NCBI RefSeq assembly: GCF_006345805.1
Contig: NC_043000.1
Span: 84,878,001 to 84,942,000, forward strand
DNA: 64,000 bases
From: Octopus sinensis
Lineage: Eukaryota
Reading direction: 5' to 3'
Shown: piece by piece, positions 1 to 12,989 of the stretch
Layout: every line of letters begins with the position of its first letter
Position numbering within the stretch: position 1 is the first letter of the stretch
Notes under the pieces: generated by a model
The model's database searches: none
The model's input: only the letters and a program-made list of their open reading frames with translations
Told to the model about the DNA's origin: nothing
Program-made: the position numbers and the translations under genes

Positions 1-1065
1 CAGTAGATGGAGAAGATGTATGAAAGACATGTGGAATTCTATATTAGTACGCCAGAAACGGAAGTCAATATGGAGCAAACATGCACGTCTTACTCCTTCA
101 AAAGTATTTATTAATTCCATCCTCTTTAAGAACAGCGAATAATCAAGGTAACGCTAAAAATATATGTCACCTGAGATAAACATCAAAGATTTTATCTTGG
201 AAATTGAAGTGTAAATAAGAATTTGAGTGAAGAGTACGAGACCCAGGTATTACATATGCAGTAGAACTAAACACCAGAAGGCATTCGACCTTCACGCAGG
301 AGAGGTGAAAACCTCCTTGCTGCCAATATCACAAACACATCAACATAAGCAACATCAATAATAGCAGCAAAAACCAAAACCACAAAAATCTCTCAGAAGG
401 GTCCCCGCCAAAAAATATGCAGCAGCACAAACGATACATATATGCATATATTAACTATCTAACACCCATCTCTGAAATTTCATTAATTATTGAAGGAGGA
501 GAAAGAGGGGGGGCACTAATAACAAACCAGTTTCTTGAGAGGGAAGAAATAAAACAACCAATAATCATCGCTCCGGTTTACTTTTATGAAACTCCCCAAA
601 ATTGGATTAGATTTAGATGCGATAGCCATCTGAGAGACCTGGATTTCTGGAACGTATTCACTACCGCCTACTCTAGATGATAACAAATTTATAAGATCCT
701 TTCGATCAGTCTGGATCGAGCTCTTTTGGAAACATTGATGTCTCGAGATATGGCTTAGCTCCCTGAACCCTGGTGCTAAGTTGGTTGTCCTGAGCGTGAA
801 GAACAGAAAAGGTGGTACCTAGTGACTTAAATTCGTTCATGTTCGACTAAACCAGACACAATTCCCAAAACCATCCTCTAGGACACTTTAGGAGATTGTT
901 CTACTCGCTAGTGCCAGTGGGTAACGGGAATAGCATCTTGCCTGCACGTTGGGATTATGGCGTAAGGGTTGCTAATAAGAGGTATAAGCAATGTATGAAT
1001 TTGTGCTAAACACTGTCAGGCTGGCAGTGCGGGGAGGAACATCGAGGACTGATACATATGCTACT

Positions 1066-1186
1066 CTCGACGACGACGATGATGATGATGACGACGGCGG
1101 CGGCGGTGGTGGTGGTGTAGCAGCATCACCACCACCATCATCATCACCACTACCACCACCACCACCATTAGCAGCAACATCATCAT
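1066..1186. repeat. Compound triplet repeat (GAC/GAT/GGC/GGT then CAC/CAT), quasi-palindromic
   Basis: Directly visible; the (GAT/GGT) half is roughly the reverse complement of the (CAC/CAT) half. Confidence 0.8.
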
Positions 1187-1545
1187 TTCCGCGCTGCTTA
1201 TGTCTCAAAAATACTAATGACGTCGTTTCCCCTTCTGTACCGGTGGCCGCTAAGGTGTGGGATCAAGTATTGAAAGGGCTTTACCTGTAGACAAATTCAT
1301 TCAGCGACCCATCATTTCAACCATTCGTCTTCAGTCTATGTGGTGATAATGTAACTTGAGAACAAGTGCTAACCTGTGAGGAGGGAATAAAAACAGTGCC
1401 CAAAGGAGACTGACTAAGATTAAAACCCACTGATATAATTTAGCAACATACCTGACTAGTACTCTTTTGGAACATTTCGCTTTTCACCAGAACGAAATTT
1501 GCCTTTTTACACTTTTGCTTTAAATTAGCATTTACACATGCCACA

Positions 1546-1546
1546 A

Positions 1547-1589
<43 letters not shown>

Positions 1590-1631
1590 ACACACATACA
1601 CACACATACACTCACACACACACACACACAC
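1546..1631. repeat. (CA)n microsatellite
   Basis: Directly visible. Confidence 0.95.
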
Positions 1632-1887
1632 AGTATACAGGTTTTAAAGGAAATAATTTTAAAGGAAAGATATTTACGAATATAAAAATAAGATTATAAA
1701 CCTAGCTAAATTCCTTGTTTTGATTTCAATTAATAAACAAAATTTATATTTCGTTTATCCGTTATATTATTTTATTGTCCTACTTTTTTACAACTATTTT
1801 CTCGCTCATTCCTGTCTGGTTCTTTCTAGTTTATGTTTCACTTCCTTATCATTTGAAATGTGTTTTCCCATTATTTTTGTTTGTTCC

Positions 1888-2178
1888 TTCTCAAGCCATG
1901 CCTAGCTCATAAGGCCGGTTTCCCGGTTTCCTTGCCGCATAGCTTCCTCACCTGAACGGGACGCCGGTCTGTCACAGGTGAGCTGCAAGATGCAAAGGGG
2001 AAAGAGGTAGAGAAAGTTGTGGCTAAAGAGTCAGCAGAGGTTCGCCATTACCTTCTGCCGGAGCCGCGTGGAGCTTAGGTGTTTTGCTCATAAACACACA
2101 CATCGCCCGGTCTGAGATTCGAACCCGCGCTCCCTCGACCGCGAGTCCACTGCTCTAACCACTAGGCCATGTGTCTCC
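1888..2178 (-). mobile_element. tRNA-derived SINE (family A)
   Basis: Minus strand has A-box TGGCCTAGTGG (2159-2169) and B-box GGTTCGAATCT (2115-2125). The body is homologous to 55545-55795. Confidence 0.85.
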
Positions 2179-2904
2179 TCCTATTATTTTTATTCCTCTC
2201 AAATTAAGTTCCACCGATATAATTCACCTTTCGTTTCTCTCAACGGTTTCTCTGGAATTACAGATTCGAGCTAGTCCCTCTCTACGGTCACATAGGCCAC
2301 GTGAATCACGTAGGCCACATGGATGAAGACATGGCTATAAAGGTCATATAGACGAATACAAATTTTAAACATAGACTTCCCAAACATTTTCAGTAGCTAT
2401 TTTCTTATTTATACTCTCTAAAATTATGTTCCTCATATATTGTAGAAATATTCTGTTTACTGATAGTTTTAACAACCTTCTGTTTATCGATCCAAACGCA
2501 TATGGAATGAACTGTAAACTTCCATGTCATCATTATTTTACATCATTCCTTTAGAAATGCACTGTTCTTTTTATTTTTTATTTCTTATCGATTTTTACGT
2601 ATACTATGTCATAATTTGTATTAACATCGTGTAATGTTACCCATTTGCGTTTCAGATAGCACAAACTAACGTCCTGCTTTATTCAATTCTAATAGCTGCT
2701 TTTGAAATTTTGCTTTTCATAAGCAAACTTTGTCCATCATGTATTTTCTGTATCTTAATGTTACAAACCATTCTGCATCGGCTTTTGATAAAATACAGTT
2801 AAAAATACATTTATAGTATATTTATAGCTTTGGTTTGATAAATCGGGCGTAGTTATGGACCTTTCAGAGAAAAAATATATACATTTTAACTAAATGTTTG
2901 TGCT

Positions 2905-3430
2905 TGTGTGTATGTGAGTGTGTGTGCGTGTGTATAGCCCTTGTATTCTTAACTGCTGTTCCAACTTACACAAACACACATCTAAATATATGTTAAACGG
3001 TAAATATGTATTTTAGTGTGTATGTGCGTGTAGGTGTGTGTACGTGTGTGTATGTGTGTATATGTGTGTGTAATACATATATGTATGTATACATGCATGT
3101 ATGTATGTATGTACGTATGTACGTATGTACGTATGTATGTATGTATGTAGGTATGTATGTATGTATGTAAGTTTGTATGTATGTATGTACGTATGTACGT
3201 ATGTACGTACGTACGTATGTATGTATGTATGTATGTATGTATGTATGTATGTATGTAGTATGTATGTATGTATGTAAGTTTGTATGTATGTATGTACGTA
3301 TGTACGTATGTACGTACGTACGTATGTATGTATGTATTATGTATGTATGTATGTATGTATGTATGTATGTATGTATGTATGTATGTATGTATGTATGTAT
3401 GTATGTTTGTATGTATGTATGTATGTATGA
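2905..3430. repeat. (TG)n/(TATG)n/(TACG)n compound microsatellite
   Basis: Directly visible; source of the YIHT/MYVC pseudo-ORFs. Confidence 0.95.
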
Positions 3431-3527
3431 AAAGAACAGAATCAAACTGCAAGTTGCTTCTAGACCAAAAATCATTCTCAGATCCAGAAAACAGAACTGC
3501 TGTTGGCGGCAAAGAATTAAGTAGGTA

Positions 3528-3779
3528 TAATATTCTTTTTTACTCTAGGCACAAGGCCCGAAATTTTGGGGGAAAGGGGGCTAGTCGATCAGATCGACTC
3601 CAGTACGCAACTAGTACTTGATTTATCGACCCCGAAAGGTATGAAAGGCAAAGTCGACCTCGGCGAAATTTGAATTCAGAATGTAAAGACATACGAAATA
3701 CCTATTTCTTTACTGCCCACAAGGGGCTACACACAGCGGAGACAAACAAGGGCAGACAAACGGATTAAGTCGATTACAA
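3528..3779 (-). mobile_element. Chimeric SINE (family B body fused to the tail of a second subfamily)
   Basis: Shares the core atcgacccc..gaaagg(t)atgaaaggcaaagtcgacct with 8378-8544 and 45525-45742. It is truncated at gaaatacc and joined to the tttactgcccacaagggg tail seen at 45525. Confidence 0.8.
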
Positions 3780-4194
3780 GTTAGATGAGAAATGCCTTGA
3801 TGCAGAAGAACTGGTACAGGCGTTTTTTTCCTTTATTTTAAGGCTTAAGGAAATTCAATAAGAAACTCAAAATGTGAAGAATAGCTGGTGGTTTGAAGTT
3901 TCAGTGAAAATGCAGGTAACTTATAACTGGAAATTTAACAGCATTATACAGCACAATAAAGCAAGTTTGCAACCCACAGTCTTTAGAAGTGGCTGCGTTC
4001 AAGTCAAAAAGATAGATGCACCCTCATTAGAGATCTAACAGGAACCATGAAACGATAGCCTGAACACATTAAAATGTTATACACACACACGCACACACAC
4101 ACACACACGCGCGCACACACACACTCACACACATATACATATATAAATACATACACATATATATATATGTACATATATATATATATATATATTC

Positions 4195-5092
4195 TCCTCA
4201 CCTCTTCATCTAACCTCCTCCCTTTGCCTCTCTCCCGCTTCCCCCTCCCTCTTACTTCCTCCCACCCACCTCTCCTCTCTTGCTCCGAATCCTTCTTCTC
4301 TTCACTCCTACTTCTTTTTATCCCAACTCTCTTTCTCTCTTCTCTCATACTCACCTTTCCCTTCCCCCTTCATCGTCAATCCTCCCCCATAAGCCCACCC
4401 CACCCCTACACATTCCTACCCACCTTCCCTATCCTTCCCATCCCACCCCATCCCGTCCCTTACACCCTCTCCTACTTACCCCATCTCTACCCCACCCTCT
4501 GCCTACCTATATACCCCACCTCTACCCCAACCCTCTGCCTAACTACACACCCCAACTCTACCCCAACCCTCAGCCTTACCCACACCTCACCCGTGCTTTC
4601 CCCACTCTCCCCTCTCCCTCTTTCCAACACCATTACACCACACCACACTACACCATACCACACAACACATCACATCACAACATACCACCACGCACACACC
4701 AGCACTGACCAATTCCCATCTCCACCTTTTCACACCTACACATACAGACACGCACACGTCAAGATCACCAGCCCTCTTTCACACGCACATACATACTCTA
4801 TCACACACGCGCGCACCTTCGTTTTGGGATCACTTTGTTATCTCCCCTACTTTTTTGTTCTCCTGTGTGACCCTTTTGTCCGGCAGTCGCCATGGTAGAT
4901 CGGTAGCTACTACACACATTTTTTTCTCTCTCCTTGTTTCTCTCCTTGTTTCTTTCTGTGTTCCTTTCTGTGGAAGAGCGTAGGCTCGAAAGGTTAAAGA
5001 CTTTTCCCATTCCCGAGTGTTATACTAATACATCTGTTTGTTTTCTACACCACCTGTCTTCGTCTTTTGTTGTTTTTTTGTAAATTCTCCCT
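4195..5092 (+). mobile_element. Penelope-like element 3' UTR/pseudo-LTR copy (left arm of an inverted pair)
   Basis: Reverse-complement homolog of 5293-6120, which follows a PLE GIY-YIG ORF. Pyrimidine/CA-rich and ends in (TA)n. Confidence 0.8.
4964..4999 (+). ncRNA. Minimal type I hammerhead-like motif, A6U core
   Basis: CUUU-CUGUGGA-A-GAGC-GUAG-GCUC-GAAA-GGUU-AAAG: stem I 4 bp, stem II 4 bp. Stem III is degraded (AGGU instead of ACGU). Confidence 0.55.
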
Positions 5093-5149
5093 ATATATAT
5101 ATATATATACAGCGTTGGGTTTTTTATCTTATTACGCAAAAAATTCTTA

Positions 5150-5210
<61 letters not shown>

Positions 5211-5223
5211 ATATACATATATA

Positions 5224-5286
<63 letters not shown>

Positions 5287-5292
5287 TATATA
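5092..5292. repeat. (TA)n microsatellite with a short unique insert at about 5110-5150
   Basis: Directly visible; centre of the inverted PLE pair. Confidence 0.9.
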
Positions 5293-5386
5293 TAGGGAGA
5301 ATTCACAAAGAAAAAACAAAACACAAAGACAGGTGGCGTAGAAAACAAACAGATGTATTAGTTTAACGCCCGGGAAGTGAAAAAGT

Positions 5387-5422
5387 CTTTAACGTTTCAA
5401 GCCTATGCTCTTCCACAGAAAG
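5387..5422 (-). ncRNA. Minimal type I hammerhead-like motif, A6U core
   Basis: CUUU-CUGUGGA-A-GAGC-AUAG-GCUU-GAAA-CGUU-AAAG, with palindromic stem III ACGU and GUU triplet. Confidence 0.6.
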
Positions 5423-6114
5423 GAACAGAGAAAGAAACAAGGAGAGAAATTAAAGCATGTGTAGTGGCTAGCTATCTATCATGGCGAATGCTGGACAGAA
5501 GGTCACACAGGAGAGCTAGGAAGAAGGGGAGATAATAAAGTAGTGGTGATTCCAAAACAAAGGTGCGCGTAAGTGTGTATAAGAGAGTACGTATGTGCAT
5601 GTGGAAGAGGGGTAGTGACCTTCACGTGTACGTGTGCGTATGTGTAGGTGTGAAGATGTGGAGCTGGGTAGTCAGTGGTAGCGTGTGCGTGGTGGTGTGA
5701 TGTGATATGATGTGTTGTGTGGTATGGTGGTGTATGGTGTAGTGGTGTGTGGTGTGGTGTGATGGTGTTGGGAGGTGGGGGAGGCGAAAGTGGGGAAAGC
5801 AAGGGTGGGGTGTAGGTTAGGCTGAGGGAGGGGATAGAAGTGGGGTATGTGTGTAGGCAGAAGGTGGGGTAGATGTGGGGTACGTGGGAGTGTGTGTATG
5901 GGATTGAGTGGGGAGGGATCGGAAGGATAGGGAAGGTGGGGTTGGAATGTTAGGGGTGGGTGGGGTTACAAGGAAGGGGTGACGATGAAGAGGAAGAGAA
6001 GGTGGGTAGGAGTGAAGAGAAGAGAGTAGGAGAGAAGAGAAGTAGTAGTCGAAGCAAGAGAGGAGAGGTGGGTGGGAGGAAGTAGGAGTGAGGGAGAGAG
6101 ACAAAGGGAGGAGG

Positions 6115-6747
6115 TTAGATTAAGAGGCGAGGAGAGTTGAGCCCATGTGGCGCAAAAGAGCGAAGAGAGAAGATTAATCTCTCTTCACGGCGCAAACGGG
6201 AGTCCGGATGGCCCCTGTGCAAGGACATTCCGAATACGGACAGGTGTTGCAAAGAGTGACTGGAAGAGCGGAAATGGTGCGAGACCGGAGTGTCATTGCC
6301 GAGTCGGATGTCTCGGAGTTGTTCCGCGAACCGGTCAGCCAAGCGGCGCCCCGTTTGCCCGATGCATAGCGAAGGGCAGAGAGAGCAGTATATGCAGTAG
6401 ATGACATTGGTAGAAGTGCAGGTGAAGGAGTCGGTGATGTGATAGGGTCAATGATGGGTACCGGTGAGTAGAGTGGTGTTGGAGAGGCAAGGGCAAGTGC
6501 AGTAGCGTGGGCGGGAGACGGCCGTGCGGGTTCGGGGGGAGAGAGCAGATGCACGGTCCACGGAACCTGCTCTGGCAAGGGCAGTGTGGATAGGGGTGAG
6601 GGGACATCCACGTAGGATGAAGTGGCGAGCCATGAGTTGAGACTGAGTCTCAAAGTCATGATCGTCACTACAGAGCCTGCGTAGACGGAGGAATTGGAAA
6701 TAGGGGATGGAAAGCTTCAGTTGATCTTGTCTCCTCTCAAAACCCAA
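6115..6747 (-). pseudogene. PLE RT thumb plus GIY-YIG endonuclease remnant
   Basis: One frame with a single stop: SIPYFQFLRLRRLCSDDHDF...HFILRGCP (thumb), then FTCTSTNVIYCIYCSLCPSLCIGQTGRRLADRFAEQLRDIR...RLRREERLIFSLRSFAPHGLN (GIY-YIG). Confidence 0.9.
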
Positions 6748-6944
6748 CGAACTTTTATGGATTCTCTACCTAGACTTTCTAGTCTCGTGCATCTCTCCTG
6801 CCCATGACTCCTATATAATTGAGACAACCCTAGACTCCTATATAATTGAGACAAACTGTCGATTTCATTTTCAATAACAAAAATCTCATATCCTCTACGA
6901 CATGTAATGAGCACACCTCTTCGTACGCAGGTATGTGTGTGTGT

Positions 6945-7039
<95 letters not shown>

Positions 7040-8377
7040 GTGTGTGTGTGTGTGTGTATAAAGAGTGAGATAGTGAGAGAGAGAGAGATGGGTCTCATGT
7101 TTGTAATGTCTCAGCACCTTCACTTGACGTATATTAATTTGTTTTGGATTTTTTAATATATATATAAGCTGATCCTATTTCGAATTTTAGTTTCATTAAT
7201 AGCCAGGTTTGTTTTGACTGTTTTTATTTAAACCTAGTATTATTAATATGTATATAGATTCTTGCCTAACGTACGTTGCGACTAACATGTCCTCCAGCAT
7301 AGGCTATAGATATCGAAATTTTTAATTTCCGCCTTTGATGATAATGAATCAATTGTCAATACTATGATTCGCCATCACAGACTATAGATCAGATTTAGTT
7401 CCATCAATCTTTATTCGGCCTGAACATTCATCATTTATTACTTTTAACTTTGTGGAGACTTCTCCAAAGACAAGGAAAATATAGTTCTTGATTGTGATAG
7501 ATTTACGTCTAGGAACAATCACTTCCACGGTGGCTGGATATTTCCCCTACGTTATCCTTCTATTCTTATTCCACCATCATCTAAGCTGCCGATGTTTATG
7601 CTCCAGAACGAATCTATTTTTGTAATTTCTAAAAAGTTCTAATTCTAGTAAACGACATTCTTTAGAGAGGGTAAATGACTACTTTCCCAGTTAGCATCGT
7701 CAGTGTATTTCGAGACGCAATATTTAATATATGGCTTAGAATTTAAATGATTTCGCCCTCTATTAAGTGGGATTATATTTTAAAATGTGTCAACTAATAC
7801 AAAAGTTCCTTGAATGAATACTTTCAATATGAATTAGGAAATGGTTTCCTGAAAAACAGATAATTGTGAGTCTGGAAAGTTAATTAATTATCTTATATAA
7901 GACATTTATTTTTCGCCTTCTATACATTTAAGAAACTCGATCGACATGAAATCTATAGCAATTGTTATAACATAAAATGTTATTAATTATTAATTTAATC
8001 AGAATGGTTAACACTATGAGGTATATGAGGTACTTTGAAAATGCCATATATTCAATTGAAAGAATCATACAAAATTGATAAATTAGAAGACAACTAATTT
8101 CTAGAGAAAGTTTCTTTAACTTCCCTTCAGTGACGTAAACTATCGTTGGTTCTCACTATATTCTGATCACTTGATCATCAGATATTCTAAAACAGTTCTG
8201 TAGCAGTTTCGCGACACTAGAAAAGTCCTTTATATTGCGTTTAATGACAGAATCGATCAATTCTATGTGAGAAGGCCATAAATAATTTTGCTGCATTCGA
8301 TTTACAGACCCAAGTAACAAATTATTGACCTCCAGACAGCAAGTCAATTATTGATTTGACACAATGTCAAATGAGTA

Positions 8378-8544
8378 TTTCGATTACATCGACCCCAGTG
8401 CTTAAGTGGTATTTATTTTATTGACCCCAAAAGGATGAAAGACAAAGTCGACCTAGGCGGAATTTGAACTCAGAGCGTAAAGTCGGAAGAAATACCGCTA
8501 ATCATTTTTTCCGGCATAGTAACGATTTTGCCAGCTCGCTGCCT
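8378..8544 (-). mobile_element. SINE family B, diverged copy
   Basis: Homologous to 45525-45742; head ggcagcgagctggcaaaatcgttac on the minus strand. Confidence 0.8.
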
Positions 8545-8549
8545 CAATA

Positions 8550-9080
8550 TAGAGTTATATTGGCTATTTAACTGACATTGACAGCACAGCATCAAATTGT
8601 CCATTGTAACGACTATAACAGTAATGGTTTTGCTTAATATTGTCACATTATCTAACTGACATTGTCTATGCTCGACGGACATTGTCAGATCTATGTCAAA
8701 TTGATTGTGACTAACTAATGGACATCGATTAGATCGACCCCAGTACGCAACTAGTACTTGATTTATCGACCCCGAAAGGTATGAAAGGCAAGTCGACCTC
8801 GGCGAAATTTGAATTCAGAATGTAAAGACATACGAAATACCTATTTCTTTACTGCCCACAAGGGGCTACACACAGCGGAGACAAACAAGGGCAGACAAAC
8901 GGATTAAGTCGATTACTAACTAATGGACATCGACAGTAGTTAGTAAGTAATGGAAATTAGCAGTAGTTTGGTAACTAATAGGGTATTGACTGTACTTTAC
9001 TAACTAGAGTACATTGACAGTATTTTATTAGTAAATGGACACAGTCGGTAGTCCAGTAACTAATGGACATTGAGAGTACA
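8550..9080. repeat. Degenerate ~26-bp minisatellite (taactaatggacattgacagtag-like)
   Basis: Recurring taactaatggacat(t/c)ga units, clearest at 8710-9075. Confidence 0.55.
8729..8914 (-). mobile_element. 186-bp near-identical copy of 3589-3775 flanked by a 19-bp direct repeat
   Basis: Shares the chimeric junction and private variants of the 3.6-kb copy. ACTAACTAATGGACATCGA occurs at 8710-8728 and 8915-8933. Confidence 0.9.
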
Positions 9081-9341
9081 ATGTCAGATGAAGCATCTGA
9101 TTTTGACAACGATGTCTCTAAACAAACTGTTTAACAATATCTAACTAAACTTGTTCTTCTGTATTTTAGATATGTACTAGCACTTGATGCCTTCTAAATG
9201 CCAGCACTAATGTATATTCGATCAACTGTTTAATAATTCCAATACGCAATATTGGACTTTACACCTATTCACTGATATCAATACTTCAAATAATAATGAT
9301 GATGATGATGATGATAATGATGATGAAGTAAAATAAGACTA

Positions 9342-9344
<3 letters not shown>

Positions 9345-9424
<80 letters not shown>
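9345..9424. repeat. (AAT)n microsatellite
   Basis: Directly visible. Confidence 0.95.
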
Positions 9425-9425
<1 letters not shown>

Positions 9426-9781
9426 TGCAGTGCCAGGCAGTGGCTCTCATGGCTTTTGATCTTAAGTGATTGGAAGTGTTATCGAGAACATTGTTTTGTC
9501 TTGGTATAAAAGATAGGCTACAGCAAATATTCTGCTCAATATCACAGATTTATTTATCAGTTGTTTGACCTTAATCAGTTGAGAATGTCCTTTAGTGGCT
9601 GACGATGTGTGCATCTCTGATCACAAGAAAAAGTAGTGGGAGAGCATTATAGCCATGTTGAGACGAATTCTTTGGAGTTTGAATAATTCATATGGTGAAT
9701 AAAACACATGGGTGTTTTGTTAGTCATCCTTAAAACAAACCTCATTTAGGGACCTTTTGAACAGAGTGGGCAACTCGACCT

Positions 9782-10627
9782 GAAGAATTCATGGCAAATA
9801 CTGGGTTAAACTAAACAGAAAAGAAATAGACAAAGCAAAATCCCAACAATGGCTGGGAAGCTCAGGACTCAAAGCTGAGACTGAAGGATTTTTAACTGCA
9901 GTACAAGACCAAACCCTTCCCACCAGAAATTACCAAAGGCATGTGATGAAAAGAAATACAAGTAATTGCAGAATATGTGGAGATGGACATATGAATCACA
10001 TTGTCTCTGGCTGCCCAGTCCTGGCTATGAAGGAATATATTAGCAGACACGACAGAGTTGGGACTTGTATACACTGGAAGCAATGCCAACACAATGGAAT
10101 AACAACAGAAAAAGATGTTATAGACAGACACCAGAAAAGGTCACAGAAAATGAGAAAGCAACGATACTCTGGGATACGCCAATACACACACATACAGATA
10201 ATAAGGCTAACATGTCGGATATAGTTGTCAGAGATCACCAAGAAAAAAATGCTTTCTAATCTATGTATCAATAACAACAGATGATAATATTTCTCTTAAA
10301 GAAACGGAGACACTTTCAAAATACAAAGGCCTGAAAATAGAGGTAACTCGAATGTGGAGTCTAAAAACAGAAACAATTTCTATCCTAGTAAGCGCATTAG
10401 GTATGATAAAAATTTTTCAGGCAAATACTTAACAAAAATACCAGGACTTATAAATATATATATATATAACATACAGAAAATAGCACTACTAAACACTGCA
10501 CATAAACAACGTAAAATGCTTTCAATACAGTAAAAATAAGAGCATCACAGCAAAACACAACACATACCCAAGGCACACAGAGCCGAACTTGGTAGAGCAG
10601 TGAAAGCACGGAATAAAAATAAGACTG

Positions 10628-10630
<3 letters not shown>
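9782..10630 (+). mobile_element. R4/Dong-clade non-LTR retrotransposon, 3' fragment (CCHC knuckle plus restriction-like endonuclease)
   Basis: HGKY..QWL...LKAETEGFLTAVQDQTLPTRNY, CRICG..HIVSGC, RHDRV, ILWD..NKANMSDIVV, LSKY..L..E..RMW. Frameshifted; followed by (TAA)n. Confidence 0.88.
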
Positions 10631-10698
<68 letters not shown>

Positions 10699-10722
10699 TA
10701 ATAATAATAATAATAATAATAT
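10631..10722. repeat. (AAT)n microsatellite, tail or target of the Dong-like element
   Basis: Directly visible. Confidence 0.95.
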
Positions 10723-11599
10723 AGAAAACAACAAGATCTCCACACGTTATCTCTCCAGGTTTATCACGTTCAAATATACAATTTCATACAAGTAAACTAG
10801 AAATACAAATACTGCTGTCAACTAAATCACTTACACCTCTTATCTACAAAGTTATTTGGCCTTGTGCTCGTTCAATATACCTCAATATTTATCTTAGACT
10901 CTTTATGAGATAACTGGTTTCAATATGAGATTATTAAAATCGTTTGCAAGTTTATTATTTGTTTGAAAGGAAATTTGAAATTCGTCTGGAAACTGACAGT
11001 TTTAATTCAGACTGTCTATTTTGGCGTCAGTGAAGCCATACATTTTAAAGTGTGAATTTAGATATAGTGATTATAAGTACATTAATTCACTTCAATTTTC
11101 ATCAATTCCGAAACAAGAAAATAAAAGTAAAATTATGTAAGACGCTTATTGCGATGTCGATATTTTCGCTGGAAGCTCCAATTCTGTTTGTATATGCTTC
11201 TCTTGAAACTTCGTTTTCTGATGCTTCCTTCCCTGCCTCCAGCTTAAATGTTAAATGACCCATTCATTTATTTTTCTGTTTTCTTATATTTTCTAAACTG
11301 TTACGGATCACATATTTTTCTCATTACAAGTTTACTTTTTTTACGCCAGTAAACAGGTAAATATTATGCTTTTAAGATTCCGCCTATTACTCTCATAGAC
11401 CACAGAATATATATTACACGCGCGCACCGCACACATACGCACACATATACATACATATATATATACACATACACACACATATATAGACATATATATACAT
11501 ACATATATACATACTTACATATGCACACTTGCGCAATCAGCACATATATATGTGGATAAATGTATGTGCGTGTGTGTGTGTGTTAATATATATGTATGC

Positions 11600-11649
<50 letters not shown>

Positions 11650-11653
<4 letters not shown>

Positions 11654-12478
11654 TACATATGCGGGAAATTCTGACTGTGGGTGTGTTTGTGGAGCTGTTA
11701 GCTAACTCCTCCTACATCATTTTATCGATTTTAATGACACGTGAGTACAACTCAGGTCTGGAAACATCATAGAATACTCAGATTGTTGAAGAAATCAATA
11801 ATAACGCCCCTTGATGGGATCCTTATATAGACATGGGAAATAACCCATTCATTTTCCTAAATTATTTGGTATAAATCAAAATGGGTATGCTTATCTCTTA
11901 GTATTTGAAGTGTTGGAGTTATTTTCACAATTTATCCAGTACAACCTTTATACAAGTAAATAGTATTTTCTGAAACAATAGATTCACTTATTTCGATTAG
12001 TGACTTATTTACGAATATACCAACACTAGCGCCGCTGAGGGTAATATTCTCTGCGAACGCACAAAAGCCCTTTTCAGAGTTGTTTACTTTAAATTGTTAT
12101 TAGTTCATATCTGAATAGCCTGTTTTTACGTAACATACTTCACGATTTTAGTATACATACCGTATTAGTATTTCCTCTTAAGTTCTATATAATCTGGGAA
12201 CGTATTAAAGCCCTTTGCGGGATTACTTTATTTGAATTCTTACTATCGGGTAACTTATTTCATGTTATTACATTTCACAATTTGGGTATTCATAACTTAT
12301 TTGGAGTTCCTAAAAACAATATCCTGTATAAGACAGTTTGGTACTCTCTATAAATGCACAAAAACCGATTTAAGGGCTACATACTTTGTATAGTTGTTAT
12401 TGGATTAGCGAAACAATTATGAGCGCGGAACCAAGGGATAAACCCTGCTTTCCCGGTAATTACCGGGTACGTCAGTAC
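11650..12478 (+). mobile_element. Non-autonomous Helitron-like element (family H2), copy 1
   Basis: Inverted homolog of 26353-27256. 3' hairpin CCCGGTAATTACCGGG at 12452-12467; sits in (AT)n; termini degraded. Confidence 0.7.
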
Positions 12479-12599
12479 ATATATTTGTATATATACTCAC
12501 CCACACATTATACTCCATCAACAAAGACTTTGCAAGCAATTTCCATTGTGTAAATGCCAATCTTTCCTCTTTGAATAGCCAAAATAACAGAATACAAAC

Positions 12600-12870
12600 A
12601 ATATTAATACCAAGAAAACATTATAATATCAAATACAGCTTGATCAAGGACAGCATGCAGCTAGAACCTTCCCTATCACTCCAAATATCGGGTCTCACTA
12701 TCACCAAGGATCTCTCCTGGTAAAAGTAAATCGCAGACATAACTAAAAATGCATCTCAAAGACTGGCCCTACTCTTCAGATCCAAAAGACACCGCATTTC
12801 CCCATCCCACATTATTCTACAAAGCTCAGACGAGGCCCACAAGGTACTGAAAATAGAATGGTGGAAAATA
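12600..12870 (+). mobile_element. Degraded LINE RT C-terminal fragment (CR1/L2/Jockey group)
   Basis: GLTITKDLSW*K*IADITKNASQRLALLFR...YKAQTRP matches the LGxxxxxxLSW..I...ASxxL..L...YK...RP thumb pattern. Confidence 0.6.
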
Positions 12871-12989
12871 GTGGTAGTAGAAACGCATCAATTTAGCAGT
12901 ACAATACATACATAAGAAACATGAGTGCATGATTACAAGAGGAAGAAGAAAGAGGACCACCAATAGTAACTCCACAGGAAAAAGGGGGA

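Larger units (their letters stand above)
5293..6750 (-). mobile_element. 5'-truncated Penelope-like element (Neptune-like) with 3' UTR/pLTR
   Basis: RT-thumb and GIY-YIG remnant at 6115-6747, followed by a pyrimidine-rich UTR with a hammerhead-like motif, ending in (TA)n. Confidence 0.88.

Noticed and set aside
417-680. 87-aa ORF
   Set aside because: No recognisable motif and no splice or regulatory support.
2100-2178. tRNA genes at SINE heads
   Set aside because: A and B boxes are present but the cloverleaf is incomplete and continues into repeated SINE bodies.
2656-2802. 48-codon hydrophobic open frame after a TTTCAG acceptor
   Set aside because: No donor, homology or codon evidence; expected by chance in AT-rich DNA.
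9425-9781. Segment that feels like a known octopus interspersed repeat
   Set aside because: Single copy in the window with no diagnostic ends; it cannot be supported without a database search.
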